64,000 bases of DNA, taken from positions 281,695 to 345,694 of the forward strand of contig NIVC01000825.1 of NCBI GenBank assembly GCA_002269645.1, in the 5' to 3' direction. Below are positions 13,671-27,200 of this stretch, in pieces (the stretch's first letter is position 1; each line of letters opens with the position of its first letter). Under the pieces are notes generated by a model. The model was not told the DNA's origin. It did not search any database and worked only from the letters and a program-made list of their open reading frames with translations. Position numbers and translations under genes: made by a program. The stretch comes from Macrostomum lignano. Taxonomy: Eukaryota.

Positions 13671-16600
13671 CCTCCAGACTCCGACATCATTGGACGCGTC
13701 CGATTTGGACAGCTACGTCGAAGGCCCTGTCATTGTCGCCGGCTTAGCCGTTCAGCTGGCGACGTGGCTTCTATCAGCACCGCATCAAGCAGTGAGAACG
13801 GCGGCTACTGCTGCGATTGCTTCGACTTGAAGCGGTGCGTTGCCCGACTTGGCAATGACCTGCTGACACTGCATCGGCTGGCTGATGGCGGCGAGTTGAA
13901 TCTGGCGAGTGATTAATTATGTGTGCCTTTAGGAATCTTAAGAGGCTTAAGAATCTTGATCAGTTTTCGTTTCCTTATGCGTTTTAGTTTTTTTTTGAAC
14001 ACAATAATAATAATTGATTACACCTGCCCTAATGTAATGAGCTAAATGTGCAACCGACAGCTCAGCCGCAGCTATTGCGCGGCGCGTCTGAGGACTGCAT
14101 ACGGCTGTTCGGCCCAGGGACTGGGGGGTCGCGAGGTCGCCACACGCACCCTCAATTACCCCAAGCTAATGCTGGCACTCATTTTACGGCTGGGTGAACT
14201 GAAGCAATGCAGAGTTAATTGTCTTGCTCATCCTTCCAGATTGTTCCAAATATAGGTCTAGAATCGAACCCCCGACCTTCCAGTCGTGAGTCGGACGCCC
14301 TAACCACTAGGAGTTAAACGTTCAAAACTCCCAATATCTCACCTTCTGGACTTTCCAATAGTACATTAATACGCACGCTTTAAGGGCGTTAATGGGAAAA
14401 TCAGAGGGCGCCGTTGGGTATTACTATTATTGTGCCATAGACATTAGTGTCCTTGACAAATTGGGACAGAATAATCGGTTGTTAAATGTCATTAACTGCC
14501 CGCTAATTTGCATTAAAGTAAGTTTAAAGCATTAAAGTCCTGCAAGCAGGCTTAGATGTAGTCTATGGCATTAAAAGGCAAGAATAAGTGCCCAGCGGAC
14601 ACAAAGGTCATGGTACAATACCAAATAAAGCAATTGTGTGTTTCGGCCAACGTTGCAAATTTATCAATCTGATTGTTTTCATTCATTTTATCAATTAACT
14701 TTGTCTATGGCAATACCCCAGCAAAAAAGCAAAAAATCTTTCCACAATCCATTTAGAAAATGCCACAAGTATTTCCACACTGTCGAAGCGCATGCTTGCT
14801 TTCGCATTTGAAATTCTGAAGTTCAGAAGTTGAGATATTGGAAATTTAGTGCTAGAGAAACTGAAAACTTTCTATCTTGCCAATCCATGTAGACTGCGCT
14901 TAACAAAAAATATGTACCTTAAACTACTGAACCCTTCGCAATCTAGGAAATCTAGGGAATGTGCCCAGTGTTTAGAGAGTCGGACTCAACTTGAAGGTAG
15001 GGGGTTCGATTCCTGACCTCGTTGGAATAATTTATGTCCTTGAGCAGTACACTTAACAACTCTGCATTGCTTCAGTTCAGCCAGCTGTAAAATGGGTGCC
15101 AGCTGGGGGGGGGGGTAATTGAGGGTGTGTCTGGCGACTCCCCTTTGACTTGACTCAGCTGCAGGGGGCTCCGTGCGTCCGGGTGCATCGAGGAGGCGTG
15201 GCTCCCATTTCGCTAACCCCTGGCGACCAAGGGCAGCTAGTGCTGCGGTGTCGCGTAGGGAGTTCCGGTGGTGCCGGTGTTCGCAGCGCGGTCCCCCTCC
15301 GGAGAGTCCAGGAGGTGGATTGTCGCTCGCCCGGTAGCCCTTAGGTTCCTGAAAGTTCCTGAAAACATCGGTGAGGTCCAGGTGGGGGCTGAGCTAGGTG
15401 AGCCTGTCCTGAGTAAAGGCGGGGCATTCACAGATAGTGTTCCGCATTCTCGACACCGGAGAGGCGGAATGGGCATTCCTCGCTACGGATTTTCCCTGTG
15501 GTTGGTGATGCCTGGCAAAGCAGCCATGACCCAAGATGGCCATGGTCATCGCCCTGATGTCCCTGCGGTTGAGTCCAAGCAGGGCCCTGCGCATGGCAGA
15601 GGAAGGACAGGGGACAGCCGCACAAGATTGCCGGCAGTCGGGGGCGTTAGCCCACCTCTCCCTGTGCTTTGAAGCCACCCACTGGTTGATCCGAGTGGTT
15701 AAAAGTGGTGAAATGTATGGCAGGGGACCAGTAAAAGAACCGGTCGAGCCAGGCTTGGTCAGGCGATCGGCCAACTCGTTGCCGGGGTGGTCCGAGTGCC
15801 CGGGGATCTACCTTAGGGACAGCTTGTTAGAGGCAAGGCGCCTAAGCGGTTGAGCTTCCCGATGCAGTCGAGGACTGTACGCGAGCAGGTGGTGTTGCGC
15901 TCAAGGCCGTATATCGCCGCTTGACTGTTTGAGTGGAGGGTAATCTCGCGCTGATTGTACAGCTCCATGGTGCGGGAGCTGATGGCGAGAACTTCGTTCT
16001 GGAAGACGGTAGAGCAGGTGCCGGTGTGCTGGGAGAAAGTCGCCACTGTTCTCCCCCCAGACACGATGGCGACCCCCCAGTCCTTGGACCGAGCAGCCGT
16101 ACGCAGCCTTCAGATGCGCCGCGCAATAGCTGCAGCTGAGCTGTCGGTTGCACATCTGGCCATTAGGGCAGGTGTAATCAATAATTATTATTATGTGCGA
16201 GATTGTTAGTGCTAATATATTTTATGTACAATTTTACCATTTTTGCATCTATGTAAAAGTTCTAGTTAAATGTTTATCAAATTGCATTTCAGGCCAATCT
16301 GACAGAAGAGACTCTGATTGACAGGTTTATAATCCACCGCATGCTAAATGTAAGTTTTATGACATGTTGCAATAAAGATTATTAAAGAACCGTGACTTCT
16401 CTACCAATTTCATTTGAATCCTCACCGCATTGCCTTCCCAGGTGTCAATGGCTAAGAAGAAGTGCAACCTGATTGGTGAGAAATTCAAAATCAAGAATAA
16501 AAAAACTCTATCTAAGCTGTTTATTGCTTAATCTGCTGTATCTGGGCTGTTTATGGGATAATCTGCTGTATCTGGGCTGTTTATGGGATAATCTGCTGTA

Positions 16601-17187
16601 TCTGGGCTGTTTATGGGATAATCTGCTGTATCTGGGCTGTTTATGGGATAATCTGCTGTATCTGGGCTGTTTATGGGATAAATCTGCTGTATCTGGGCTG
16701 TTTATGGGATAATCTGCTGTATCTGGGCTGTTTATGGGATAATCTGCTGTATAACCCGCAGTGTTTAACTACAGCGGCCAGCAGTACGCGATGTCCTACA
16801 AGCTCAGCGAGTCCAGCGCCCCGAGTGTCAACTGGTGGCTGCTGTTGGCACCACAGCAGCAGCCGCTGATGCCGGCCGGCAACTCGCTACGCCAGTGCGG
16901 CACCGTCTGCGGCGACGGGCACGCCAGTCTCTGGCGCTCGGCGTCAGCGCTTGACCTGCTGAAATCGGCCATTGGATTTCCGGCCGACAATTCGACGGCT
17001 GCCACTGCCAGCTTTCTGGCCGGCAAGCGGCCGCTGCGCTCCGCTCGGGTGCTGAAGCGGGGCCGGCGGCTTCGCGGCATCTGGCGGCGCAAACTGCTGC
17101 TGGTTACCGAGGACTGCCTTGGGTACTGCTCTGAGGATCGGCGTGCCCTGTCTGTGAGTTCTGTCCCTGACTGTCTGTGTCTGTGTG

Positions 17188-17233
<46 letters not shown>

Positions 17234-17559
17234 GAACCATTCTACCACAACCATTGACGATCAAAAGCACCATTAAATCGCAGGTGTCTGGCGTATCCGT
17301 TCCATTGCACAGGCTGGCTGCCGCCTACCTTGTCCCGAAAGAGTGAGTTTCAATTTTGTACAACCGGATAGATTTTGCATTTGCACATTATTTTAGATTT
17401 AAATTAAAATTAAAAAAATATTTTAGGCGAACAGACGAGTTGCGAATCACTAGCGCGTGCCTAGAAACCAATCTGGCCTTCAAATTTGCTACTCCAGATG
17501 AAGCTTGCAGCTGGCTGGCACTGCTTAACGATCTGATTATGCGCCAGTCTAAAACTTGA
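13671..17559 (+). CDS. Unrecognised tandem PH-like domain protein. Proposed exons 13671-13904, 16293-16349, 16442-16475, 16762-17153, 17284-17342, 17427-17559; possible first exon near 9510-9598
   Basis: The exons join in phase (909 nt, 303 codons) if 13905 is a GC donor. PH-like patterns: [33 protein letters not shown] and [23 protein letters not shown] weaker first domain reads [16 protein letters not shown]...SVNWWLLL. The 5' end is unresolved. Confidence 0.65.
14003..14313 (-). mobile_element. tRNA-derived SINE with a CORE-like central domain, copy 1
   Basis: Minus strand reads TAGTGGTTAGGGCG (A box) and GGTTCGATTC (B box), then GAGCAAGACAATTAACTCTGCATTGCTTCAGTTCACCCAGCCGTAAAATGAG (resembles the MIR/CORE domain), then a (TTA)n tail. 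It is homologous to copy 2. Confidence 0.8.
14960..16194 (+). mobile_element. tRNA-derived CORE-like SINE, copy 2, split by a ~920-bp LINE insertion
   Basis: GGTTCGATTC B box and CCTTGAGCAGTACACTTAAC...CTGTAAAATGGG core at 14990-15110. The 3' half (16067-16194) is the near reverse complement of 14003-14140 and ends in ATT repeats. Confidence 0.8.
15144..16066 (-). mobile_element. 5'-truncated, degenerate non-LTR retrotransposon 3' end (RNase H plus C-terminal Cys/His region; I/LOA-like)
   Basis: Minus-strand peptides [56 protein letters not shown] and EHY/ICECPAF, spread across frameshifts. Tail is (AGTCA)-like. Flanked by TGGCGACYCCCC at 15132-15143 and 16067-16078. Confidence 0.8.
16530..16750. 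repeat. 30-bp minisatellite (ATCTGCTGTATCTGGGCTGTTTATGGGATA), ~7 copies, intronic
   Basis: Unit read directly; ends just before the acceptor at 16761. Confidence 0.95.
17170..17232. repeat. (GTCT)n microsatellite, intronic
   Basis: Read directly. Confidence 0.9.
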
Positions 17560-20500
17560 GCTGGTTGTTTTATCGAAAGCGACCTCAGTAAACACTTATC
17601 TGTTTTGCATTCCAGAATGTATGCACAAATCGACTCACTTGACTGTGAAATTTTTATGAGCACGGCATTTTAACAAAAGGGTTTTTTATTTCATTGTATT
17701 TTATTTTATTTGTTCTGATATTTTTTCTCTCAAATTCAGCCACTGCACTAGCCAATTCGAACAATTTGGCAATGCCTTCATTTTTATTGCTCCATTTTTG
17801 TGGCGCTTTTTGACATAGCTGGGCTGCTGTGCTATATTGACCACTATCGCTTTTTATTGGTAATCTTTCGGAATTCACAAAATATACTTGTACATATAAT
17901 ATACCTGTTACTCAGGCAAACAGTTTATTTTCCTCGTGCTGTTATAAATATTGTGAATTGACGAGTCCAGCTTTGGACTACAGTATATTTGAGCCTTGTT
18001 TGAAACGGAATATGCATATTAGATGTAAATGTATACAAATGAGGAAGCTACAATAACAGGCGGCTCGCTCAGGTTAAACGTCTGATAAAATACCGTCATA
18101 ACGAGTTGGGCAAATAGACGTGACTTCTGTTTAGCAATTAATTGATAAAATCACGAGCACTAAATAAATTTTATTTATAAGCTGTGCTTCTACATTATGC
18201 GTATAGCTCTTGGTGTGTGCATTTTTTAGTTCATACCAGTCGCGCGCAACAACCGTGTATCAGGATTCTACTCTCGCAGCTGCTTAAAATTTTACGGAAT
18301 GACTAACGTACATGTACATTCAAGGACCACTTCTGTTATATTCAGTGGTCATTGCATGTATTTACTCTTTATATACAAAGCGTCTATCGTGAATATAGAC
18401 GTCAACAACAAATTAAAAAGAAATACTTTTAAAATTGAAGTCTTAAGTTTTTTGTTAGCCGGTAGTATGTAAAATATATAATGCAAAAACTAAAATCTAC
18501 TGTATTACCGTACACGGATGTCTAATAAGTAAGATAAAATTTAAATGTTATAACAAAAATCTTACTTTTAAGTTAAAATTATACAAAGTAATAAAGCAGC
18601 TTATTTTGCAGTATAAGGATTCTAGTTTTTCTTTGTATTAAGCTAAGTAAGATGTCTGTATTATCTGTCTGGATAATTTGAATTAGAATTTGTTCGTTAC
18701 CTTTATAAGATTTTTACGTCAAGGTCAAGGTCATGTCGAAGTCTATCTCTTATTAAAGGAACTTGTGTTTGTGTTTGCTACATAGTTCATAAAATTATCC
18801 AAATCTTATACTGCCCTTGGTTATAAGCAGCTCTGTCTCTAGCTAGTAAATGAAATTAATGGAAGATTCAAGTAGTGTAAAAAACGATGTCAGCATGGAT
18901 ATAAATTCTAGTGATAAAAATAATTTGCGAGCATCCACTTCTTCAGTTTCGAATAGTCTTGGAAATGATCTAAAGTATAGAATCGCAGGTAAATCTTCCC
19001 TTAACGCTCTGTCACATTTTATCTACTTTTGCTAGGCTTCCTTGGCTCAGATTACTACAAGTCACCATAGACCCTACACTACATGGCATGCTTGCCATGC
19101 TAGACCTAGCCTAGCTCAAGATATTTTTGTTGACCAATGAATGCTACGGCCTATGCTTTATTTTCTAATATAATAAATGTCTTTGTAATAATAGAAATTA
19201 TATTGCACCAATCATTTTCAAATAATAAAAATACCATAGACTGCATAGGCCTAGTGTTTTGCTAAGGCCTATAGGCTATAGCAATTAATAGACTGTGTCT
19301 AGGCTCTAGGGGCCTATAGACTTACTCCATTTGGTACTGGCAATCTTCAAGAATCCTTTGCTAAACTCAAATTTGTGCGTAATTTGTGCTAAATTATGGT
19401 AGGAAACATGTAAACAATGTCTATAAGACAAAAAGCTGCACAGTCAAGTCAAGACAAAAAGCAAGATTCCCAAGAAAATAAAAAAATGAATATCTGTGGT
19501 AAACTAAATTAAATTACTATACTAAAGAGGGGGGCACAAAGAAGCTTCAAATTCTTGCTACTGATAATTATTATTACTAATTAAAAGTTTGATTTTTAAC
19601 AAAAGTGCATAAAGTTCATATTTGTTTTTAAAATAGGCCTCTATATAAAAAATTATATAAAAATAATTTCTCTTTTCAGTTTAGTTTTAAATATCTCAAA
19701 ATCTTGATCAAGTCTAAAAATTCAATATTGTCCAACCCCTAGTTTTATTGTCTAACCAACAAATTTTTGCTTTAGAATATTTTCAACCTAACAAACAAAA
19801 ACTATATATTCTTTACAAGTTTAGTAGTAAGCTACAAGATACATAGTGAACAATCAGTTGGCTGGCAACGTATCATTTAATTTGGAACTAGTACTACTAA
19901 AATGCAGGTACCAGTTGTTACAGTGACAAGTCATTTGGTGATAGATGTTTTGGTTATAGATGTAATAATACTTGATATAACTACTTGATATAACAAGTAT
20001 TGTCATTTTAGTGATAAGAGGCGCTTTATAATATTAGCTTGTAGTTACTTTGTGTGCAGGGCAATCTATAATTGTACGAGTAATAATGTTTTCAAATTCG
20101 TGCCTAAACACTAAGTAAATAGTTTGTTATACTGTACAATTTTCTCATAATATTTTACAAATATAATTTTTTGTTTTAAATCTACGAGTAAAAAATGGTA
20201 TAAATAGAGGCAATTTTGGCGGAGGAAGAAGCAACCTCGTGCATCGCGGTTCAATAAAACAGTTGATAGCAATTAATAAGAGTTCCGAGAAAATAAGAAT
20301 TGAAGAAGTGTTTTCTATATTCATTCCTTTAAGAAGTAAGAGTGAAATAGACAGAGGTGTGTACCATATATACTACTAAGAAGGAAAGTGTTGAGTAGTA
20401 AAAAGTTGTGAAGTAGATCTGAAGTAAGACGTAAGAATAATGGAGGCTGTGACCCTCTGATCTCGGTAACGCCCAAGGACTTGCAAAGTGCATGAAATAC

Positions 20501-23500
20501 ATATACCAGTAAGCCAAAATACCGCTCAGGCCATTATTAAATAGAACGCTACCAGAATAATAGAACGCTACCAGAATAATCAGAAGAGTAAACCTTTCAG
20601 GGCTAACAGTTTTTCTAAGAATAATATTCAGAATAATACTCAGACTAATACTCAGACTAAATATTCAGACTAAATCCTCAGATTAAATACTCAGACCTAT
20701 TCTAAGAAACATTTTTTTTCAGATTATTGATAAACTCATAATTTATTAATAGAATAATCTTGGTGGCAGCTACCAACCTAAGGAGAACACTTAAGAGAAT
20801 AGTAAATTAGCCCTGTTACAACTTTGGTGGCGATTAGTGGGATAGTTGGAGGACAGAAGCAAGCCCTAGGACATTTGTTAAGATTTATGTTTTGTACATA
20901 TATTTAAAAATTTTCCTTAAAAGATTAATATATTTAAGAAAACAAATAAAACTAATTATTGTTTTTTTTCCTGTATAGATCATTTTGAATTGTCCCAGAG
21001 TTTTTAGACATATACATGTAAACCAGAAACCTATATAAAGAATCCTCATGAAATGCCAACCACAAAAAAGCAGAAATTTATGCTAAATGTTTGGATTGAA
21101 AAACAATTCAAAAGAACACAACTCTGTAATTGTAAATAAACAAAATTAAAGAAAGCAGAACTTAACCTTTTCTAAAAGTTATAAAACTTTAGGTTCAATA
21201 TCCCTTAAGATTTGCAAGTTAATTTTCTGTTTAAAAACAGAATGGCTATCACTATAAGGTTATTTTTCTAATCACTAAAATGAATTTTGCTTGTTACCAA
21301 AAGATTGTCACCAAAACCTTTTGTCACCAAAACAACTAATCTTAGAATGCTTGTCTAGCTAGTGACAGAATTATGCACTTTTAATATTGAGCAAGTAATT
21401 AGTATATTGATGGTTTGCCTGGATTGCAAAGATTATTACTTGTAATTTTTTATTCATAAATACTTATTCTTTGAGGCCCTAAACTAAGCTCAGCCTAGCA
21501 TACCTAGTCTAGCTTCATCTACTAATGGTCAATTGAGGTATAGCTAGGAGAAGCTGATCACTAGGTGCATACAAGCCCACAAATATTCATTTATTGACAT
21601 TGGTTGATTTTATTTATATTCATTGATTACTGAGGACATTATTGAGGACATCTATGTCCAATTATTTATTGACCATCCAATGAAATTGGGAGGCCCTAGT
21701 TGAAAGGTTAAAATAGATAACTCCTATTTTATGCACCAAAAATTTTATCAGAATGCACACTAGCCTGGTCACTAGGCATACATGTGCAACCTCCAAAATT
21801 CAGTCAGCTATGCAACTTAGTTTTAACAAAAAATACGACATAGTTTTTGGCCAAAAAATGTGACCTACATGTAAAAGAAACCCTAAAGCAAATTAATGCA
21901 ACTTTGGGTAAACGGCAGGAGTAACTATGACTGTCTTATCAAGGCAAAATGCCTCATTATCTACTTAGTATACTTGGGTATTTATTCGGGTGGGAATTTT
22001 GAGTTGAGTTGGCCACCAAATCAGTTGGCCAGATTGGAAGACTCGGCCAACTGTTGCGCATGTATGCCAATGGGTATTAAGAATGATAGAGTGTGACACC
22101 CAAAAATTCATGATAATATGCTAGTTGAGAATTGAACTATGGCAACATTACTGCCAATTATCATATAGTATGTTGATCTCAGTATTTATATCTTGACAAA
22201 TTGTTGGCAAATATACAACCAGCTGCTTAACTATTGGCTACACTTTGTAAACCTGCAAGATGTAACAATTCATAGAAATCTTATTAGAAGCATATAAGCT
22301 CATTCCAAAACTCACTTCATACTATGCATGGCACAAGTGCTATACTCTTCAAGTTGCATCTTGAAGAATTACTCTGATGCAAGATGTATCTACAAAATGC
22401 ATTTGGCAATATCATGTATTGGATTGGACTTTATTGTTTCTTATTGTTCCTATTTTTTAAAAGAAATAAGTTTATTTGATTTTTTGAAGCCTTGTATTTT
22501 GATAAGTCTTAAATTGACCTTGAATCTAGACAAACTTGGGTTTTGGTCTAGTTGAGTACTTGACCAAACTTTGGGGGTTCAAGCTAAGTATTTAAGTTAA
22601 GTTTTGTTAAGTAGTGAAATAGGCTTTGTTTTTAGTGAATTTTTTTCCCATAAATGATGGTTCAAAATTACACCATTTTGTTATTCTGTATAAATATTAA
22701 AAATACTTTGCGTGCTCTGTATATTATATATAGTGTCCAAGTTTTGTTTTAAATAATGAAGGAAATTTTAGTACAACTATAAGGCAGCTGAAGGCTAAGC
22801 AAAATAATTCATTTTCTTCTCAGTCCTTGCCTTTGAGCTTTTAACTCACTCAACTTACTAAGTTGAAACAAAATCAATTAGGCTCAGGAAGTTTCTTGCA
22901 TTATTTATTTTGAATAGTAGATAGCAACTGCAAAAGCCTTAAGATTGGGAAAATTCAATCCATTCTTAAAGAATAAGATATCCAGATTTAGAATCAGAGA
23001 AAATTGCCTTTGTAGACAGACCACTTACCAGAAGGTGGTCATATTCAAAGATTTTATATATTGCACTAAAGCTAAAATTGAAAACTACATCAGTTAGTGT
23101 TTATAAAAGGGTATAAAAAGTAATTATTCTATAAATTAAATTCTTGCAAACAATATAATAATATATATAAGACCTATATATATTAAAAGTTTTGTCCAAA
23201 ACTAAAGCATCTAACTTTCTAGCACATTTAGGCATTACTAGATAGTGAATAGATCACTAATTTTAAGGCTATATTAATATTTAGCCTTACTTGATTCATT
23301 TACAAAATTCTCAATATTAGACAAATTTTGAAATCTTATACCAATTGAATTATTAACGAAATGCTTATACAAAGCTTCTAAGGTTGAAGCAAATATCATT
23401 GAAACACTTTATTATACAAAAAAGTGCACTATATTAATGTCATACTACTTTCAATAGTCCATAAAACAACAATAATTATAAAATTGCAGATGTAAAAGTT

Positions 23501-24256
23501 AGTCACTCAATAACAAATTTTGTATTCTATTATTTAGCTTAATAAATATTTAGCATTTTAGAGACTGCAAAAGGTACTCAGGTAAATTGCATTAAGCTTT
23601 CCAAAAATCGATTATATAAAACAAAAATATATTCTAATTTGGAATAAAGTTTTTATGCAGCCTGTCATCAAGTTTCAAAAATTAATCCTCTTCCCCCACT
23701 AATCCTGCTGTTAGGTCTCCCACCTACACATGTTCGATAATAATTACAACCTACTAATAGCACTAAGAATACTGCATTGCCCTCATGAGATGCAAAGGAG
23801 AGGGCAGCGCAAAATATGGGATGGGTAGTGCTCACTCGGCTTCGCGCTCACTCCCTCTTCTCAGCAATTGGACACTGGGCGCCACTGCCAGCAGCGGGAA
23901 GGTGGGTCGAGAAGGCGAGCTAAATGCTCCAGTGCCGAGAGTAAGAGGAGGCGCCTAGCAGGATGTCTGGACGGGGGGAGGGGGTGAACTCTGGTTAAGA
24001 GAGTGAGGACATCCGCGCCATTCTTCGATTCGTTCGCTCGTTTTGAGGCCGCACGCTTGGTCAAGGCTGCCGCGAGTAGGGTGGGGAAGGCTAGAGGTGT
24101 CTGCTTCTGTTGCCGTGCAAAATTTATGAAGGCAGCTCATTCGCACTGTGCAAGTATAAGATATGTTTCCTTGAGATATGGCGCTGCTAGCAAGATTAGT
24201 TTAGAACTAATATAAATATATATAGGTGCCAGGAAATTTGACAATCACACAAAACA

Positions 24257-27200
24257 ATGTGGCCCTTCAACAAGCACCGATGGAAGCCACCGCATTGCAA
24301 TCCGGCAGATTCTTCAAGCGACAGCAGCAGCCGGCGACAGCAGCCGGTTTTGCCTGCATCGCAGCCGGCCGACAGTGCCAACGGCACCTCCCCGACTGAG
24401 GCCGGGCCGCCGCAGCGCTGGCTGTTCTCGCAGGTGAAAGGCACCGCCTGGGAGGAGGTCAGTGAGCAGGATATAATCTCATGCGTTGAGTTCAACCACA
24501 CCGGCCAGCTGCTGGCTACCGGGGACAAAGGCGGCAGGATAGTGGTGTTCCAGCGAGCCTCCAACGGTCTCTACAATGTCTATTCCACTTTCACTAGCCA
24601 CGAGCCCGAGTTCGACTATTTAAAATCCTTGGAGATCGAAGAGAAAATCAATAAAATTCGTTGGCTACCCGTCAGAATGCCGCGCACTGTTTATTGTCAA
24701 CCAATGATAAAACTGTTAAACTCTGGCGCGTCAGCGAGAAGGACCGGGTGATGGAGCCGCCGGAGGCTGACCCGGAGGGGCCCGAGCTTCGGCTGCCTCG
24801 CTATGCTCCGGCCGAGTTAGTTGTGGAAGCGGCGCCTCGAAGGGTGTTTGCCAATGCTCACACCTACCATATCAATGCTATCTCGGTTAATAGCGACCAG
24901 GAAACCTTTCTTAGCGCTGACGATCTGCGAGTGAATCTCTGGCATTTGCAGGTGGGTTTGTATCTGTTTTAGTCGGATTTTAGCTCCCTGTGATGATTTG
25001 ATTTCAACTTTTTATCCCTTGAATGGGAATCTATGTTGATTAAATTGTAATTTAGATTGTTTATATATCGGGATTCAGATCCCTGGAAATAGGATTATGG
25101 GATTCAGATCCTTGGAAATAGGATTATGGGATTCAGATCCCTGGAATTGGGATTATGGGTTTCAGATCCTTGGAAATGGGATTATGGGATTCAGATCCCT
25201 GGAATTGGGATTATGAGTTTCAGATCCATAGGGTCCTAGGTCAGATCCTAGGGAATTAGGAGATTCTGGCATTCAGATCCCCGGAATTAGGAGATTCTGG
25301 CATTCAGATCCCCAGAATTAGAAGATTCTGGCATTCAGATCCCCGGAATTAGGAGATTCTGGCATTCAGATCCCCGGAATTAGGAGATTCTGGCATTCAG
25401 ATCCCCGAATTAGGAGATTCTGGCATTCAGATCCCCGGAATTAGGAGATTCTGGCATTCAGATCCCCGGAATTAGGAGATTCTGGCATTCAGATCCCCGG
25501 AATTAGGAGATTCTGGCATTCAGATCCCTGGAATTAGGAGATTCTGGCATTCAGACCCCCGGAATTAGGAGATTCTGGCATTCAGACCCCCGGAATTAGG
25601 AGATTCTGGCATTCAGATCCCCGGAATTAGGAGATTCTAGGATTCAGATAGGGACTTTGGGATTCAGATCCCTGAACTTGAGAGATTCTGTCGTTCAATT
25701 CCTAGAATTGGGATTTAATGTTTCAAATCTTATTCTGGAATTTGATCCCACCTGCCCACCAGATCACGGACCAGAGCTACAACATAGTCGACATCAAGCC
25801 GGCTAACATGGAAGATCTCACAGAGGTGATCACCGCGGCCGAGTTCCATCCCAGCCACTGCCACCTGTTTGTGTACTCGAGCAGCAAGGGCTCCGTACGG
25901 CTGTGCGACATGCGACAGCGGGCCCTCTGCGACCAGCACGCCGCCATCTACGAGGAGGCTGACGACCCGGCTAATCGGTCCTTCTTCTCCGAGATTATCT
26001 CCTCTATTAGCGATGTGAAATTTTCACATTCCGGTCGGTACCTGCTTAGTAGGGATTATTTGCAGCTTAAAGGTGAGTTGTGTTGCTTTTTTAGCTAGTA
26101 GATTTGCGGTCAAAATGAATAGCTTTGGAATCAAGATTTGATAGCTTTGGAATCAAGATTTGATAGCTTTGGAATCAAGATTTGATAGCTTTGGAATCAA
26201 GATTTGATAGCTTTGGAATCAAGATTTGATAGCTTTGGAATCAAGATTTGATAGCTTTGGAATCAAGATTTGATAGCTTTGGAATCAAGATTTGATAGCT
26301 TTGGAATCAAGATTGATAGCTTTGGAATCAAGATTGATAGCTTCGGAATCAAGATTTGATATCAGGGTTGAGACAGATTTGAGATCAGGGTTGAGACAGC
26401 TCTGAGATCAGGGTTGAGACAGCTCTGAGATCAGGGTTGAGACAGCTCTGAGATCAGGGTTGAGACAGCTCTGAGATCAGGGTTGAGACAGCTCTGAGAT
26501 CAGGGTTGAGACAGCTCTGAGATCAGGGTTGAGACAGCTCTGAGAATAGGGTTGAGACAGCTCTGAGAATAGGGTTGAGACAGCTCTGAGATCAGGGTTG
26601 AGACAGCTCTGAGATCAGGGTTGAGACAGCTCTGAGATCGAGAGGATTTCCCTCTCGAGAAGAATCGAGAGGATTTGTAGAATATATAATGACTAGTTAG
26701 GGCAGGTGCAAAGTGACTATCTATCCTCACCCTTGCCTGAATCGATGTGGGATTTCGACAAAAAAGACAGGGAAAAAACAGGGCAGCAGGTGGGGAGTGC
26801 TCGTAATTTGCTTCTTCTGCAAAGCAGATTCGAGTTTCCACTTTACTTGTCTGCATGTATCTGCTTTGAGGATTATTTCAATTCTCCCCTCTCGCTCGCC
26901 TTTTAATTAGAACGGTCATCTTCTAGCTTCTAAGGATCCGCTTTTGCCTCGTCGCCATTTTCAGTGTGGGACATGAACATGTGCAAGAAGCCAATCGAGG
27001 TCTATCCGGTGCACGAGCATTTCAGGCGGAATCTGTGCGCCCTGTACGAGAACGACTGCATATTTGACAAGTTCGAGTGCTGCTGGTCTGGAGATGACAA
27101 GTAGGCTTTGGCTTTGCCGGCTTTCGTTTAAATTTATTTGAAGGCGAATACTATGCTCAGGTGCAGCGGGGAGAGTGGGAAGAGCGGGTAGGAGTAAAGG

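Noticed and set aside
14250-15020. tRNA genes suggested by A/B boxes
   Set aside because: No complete cloverleaf; both continue into a shared SINE body and tail.
20535-20700. Short duplications (AATAGAACGCTACCAGAAT x2; ATACTCAGACT repeats)
   Set aside because: Too short and degenerate to support a feature.
23861-24215. Short ORFs upstream of B55
   Set aside because: No recognisable motifs; more likely a GC-richer promoter/5' UTR region.
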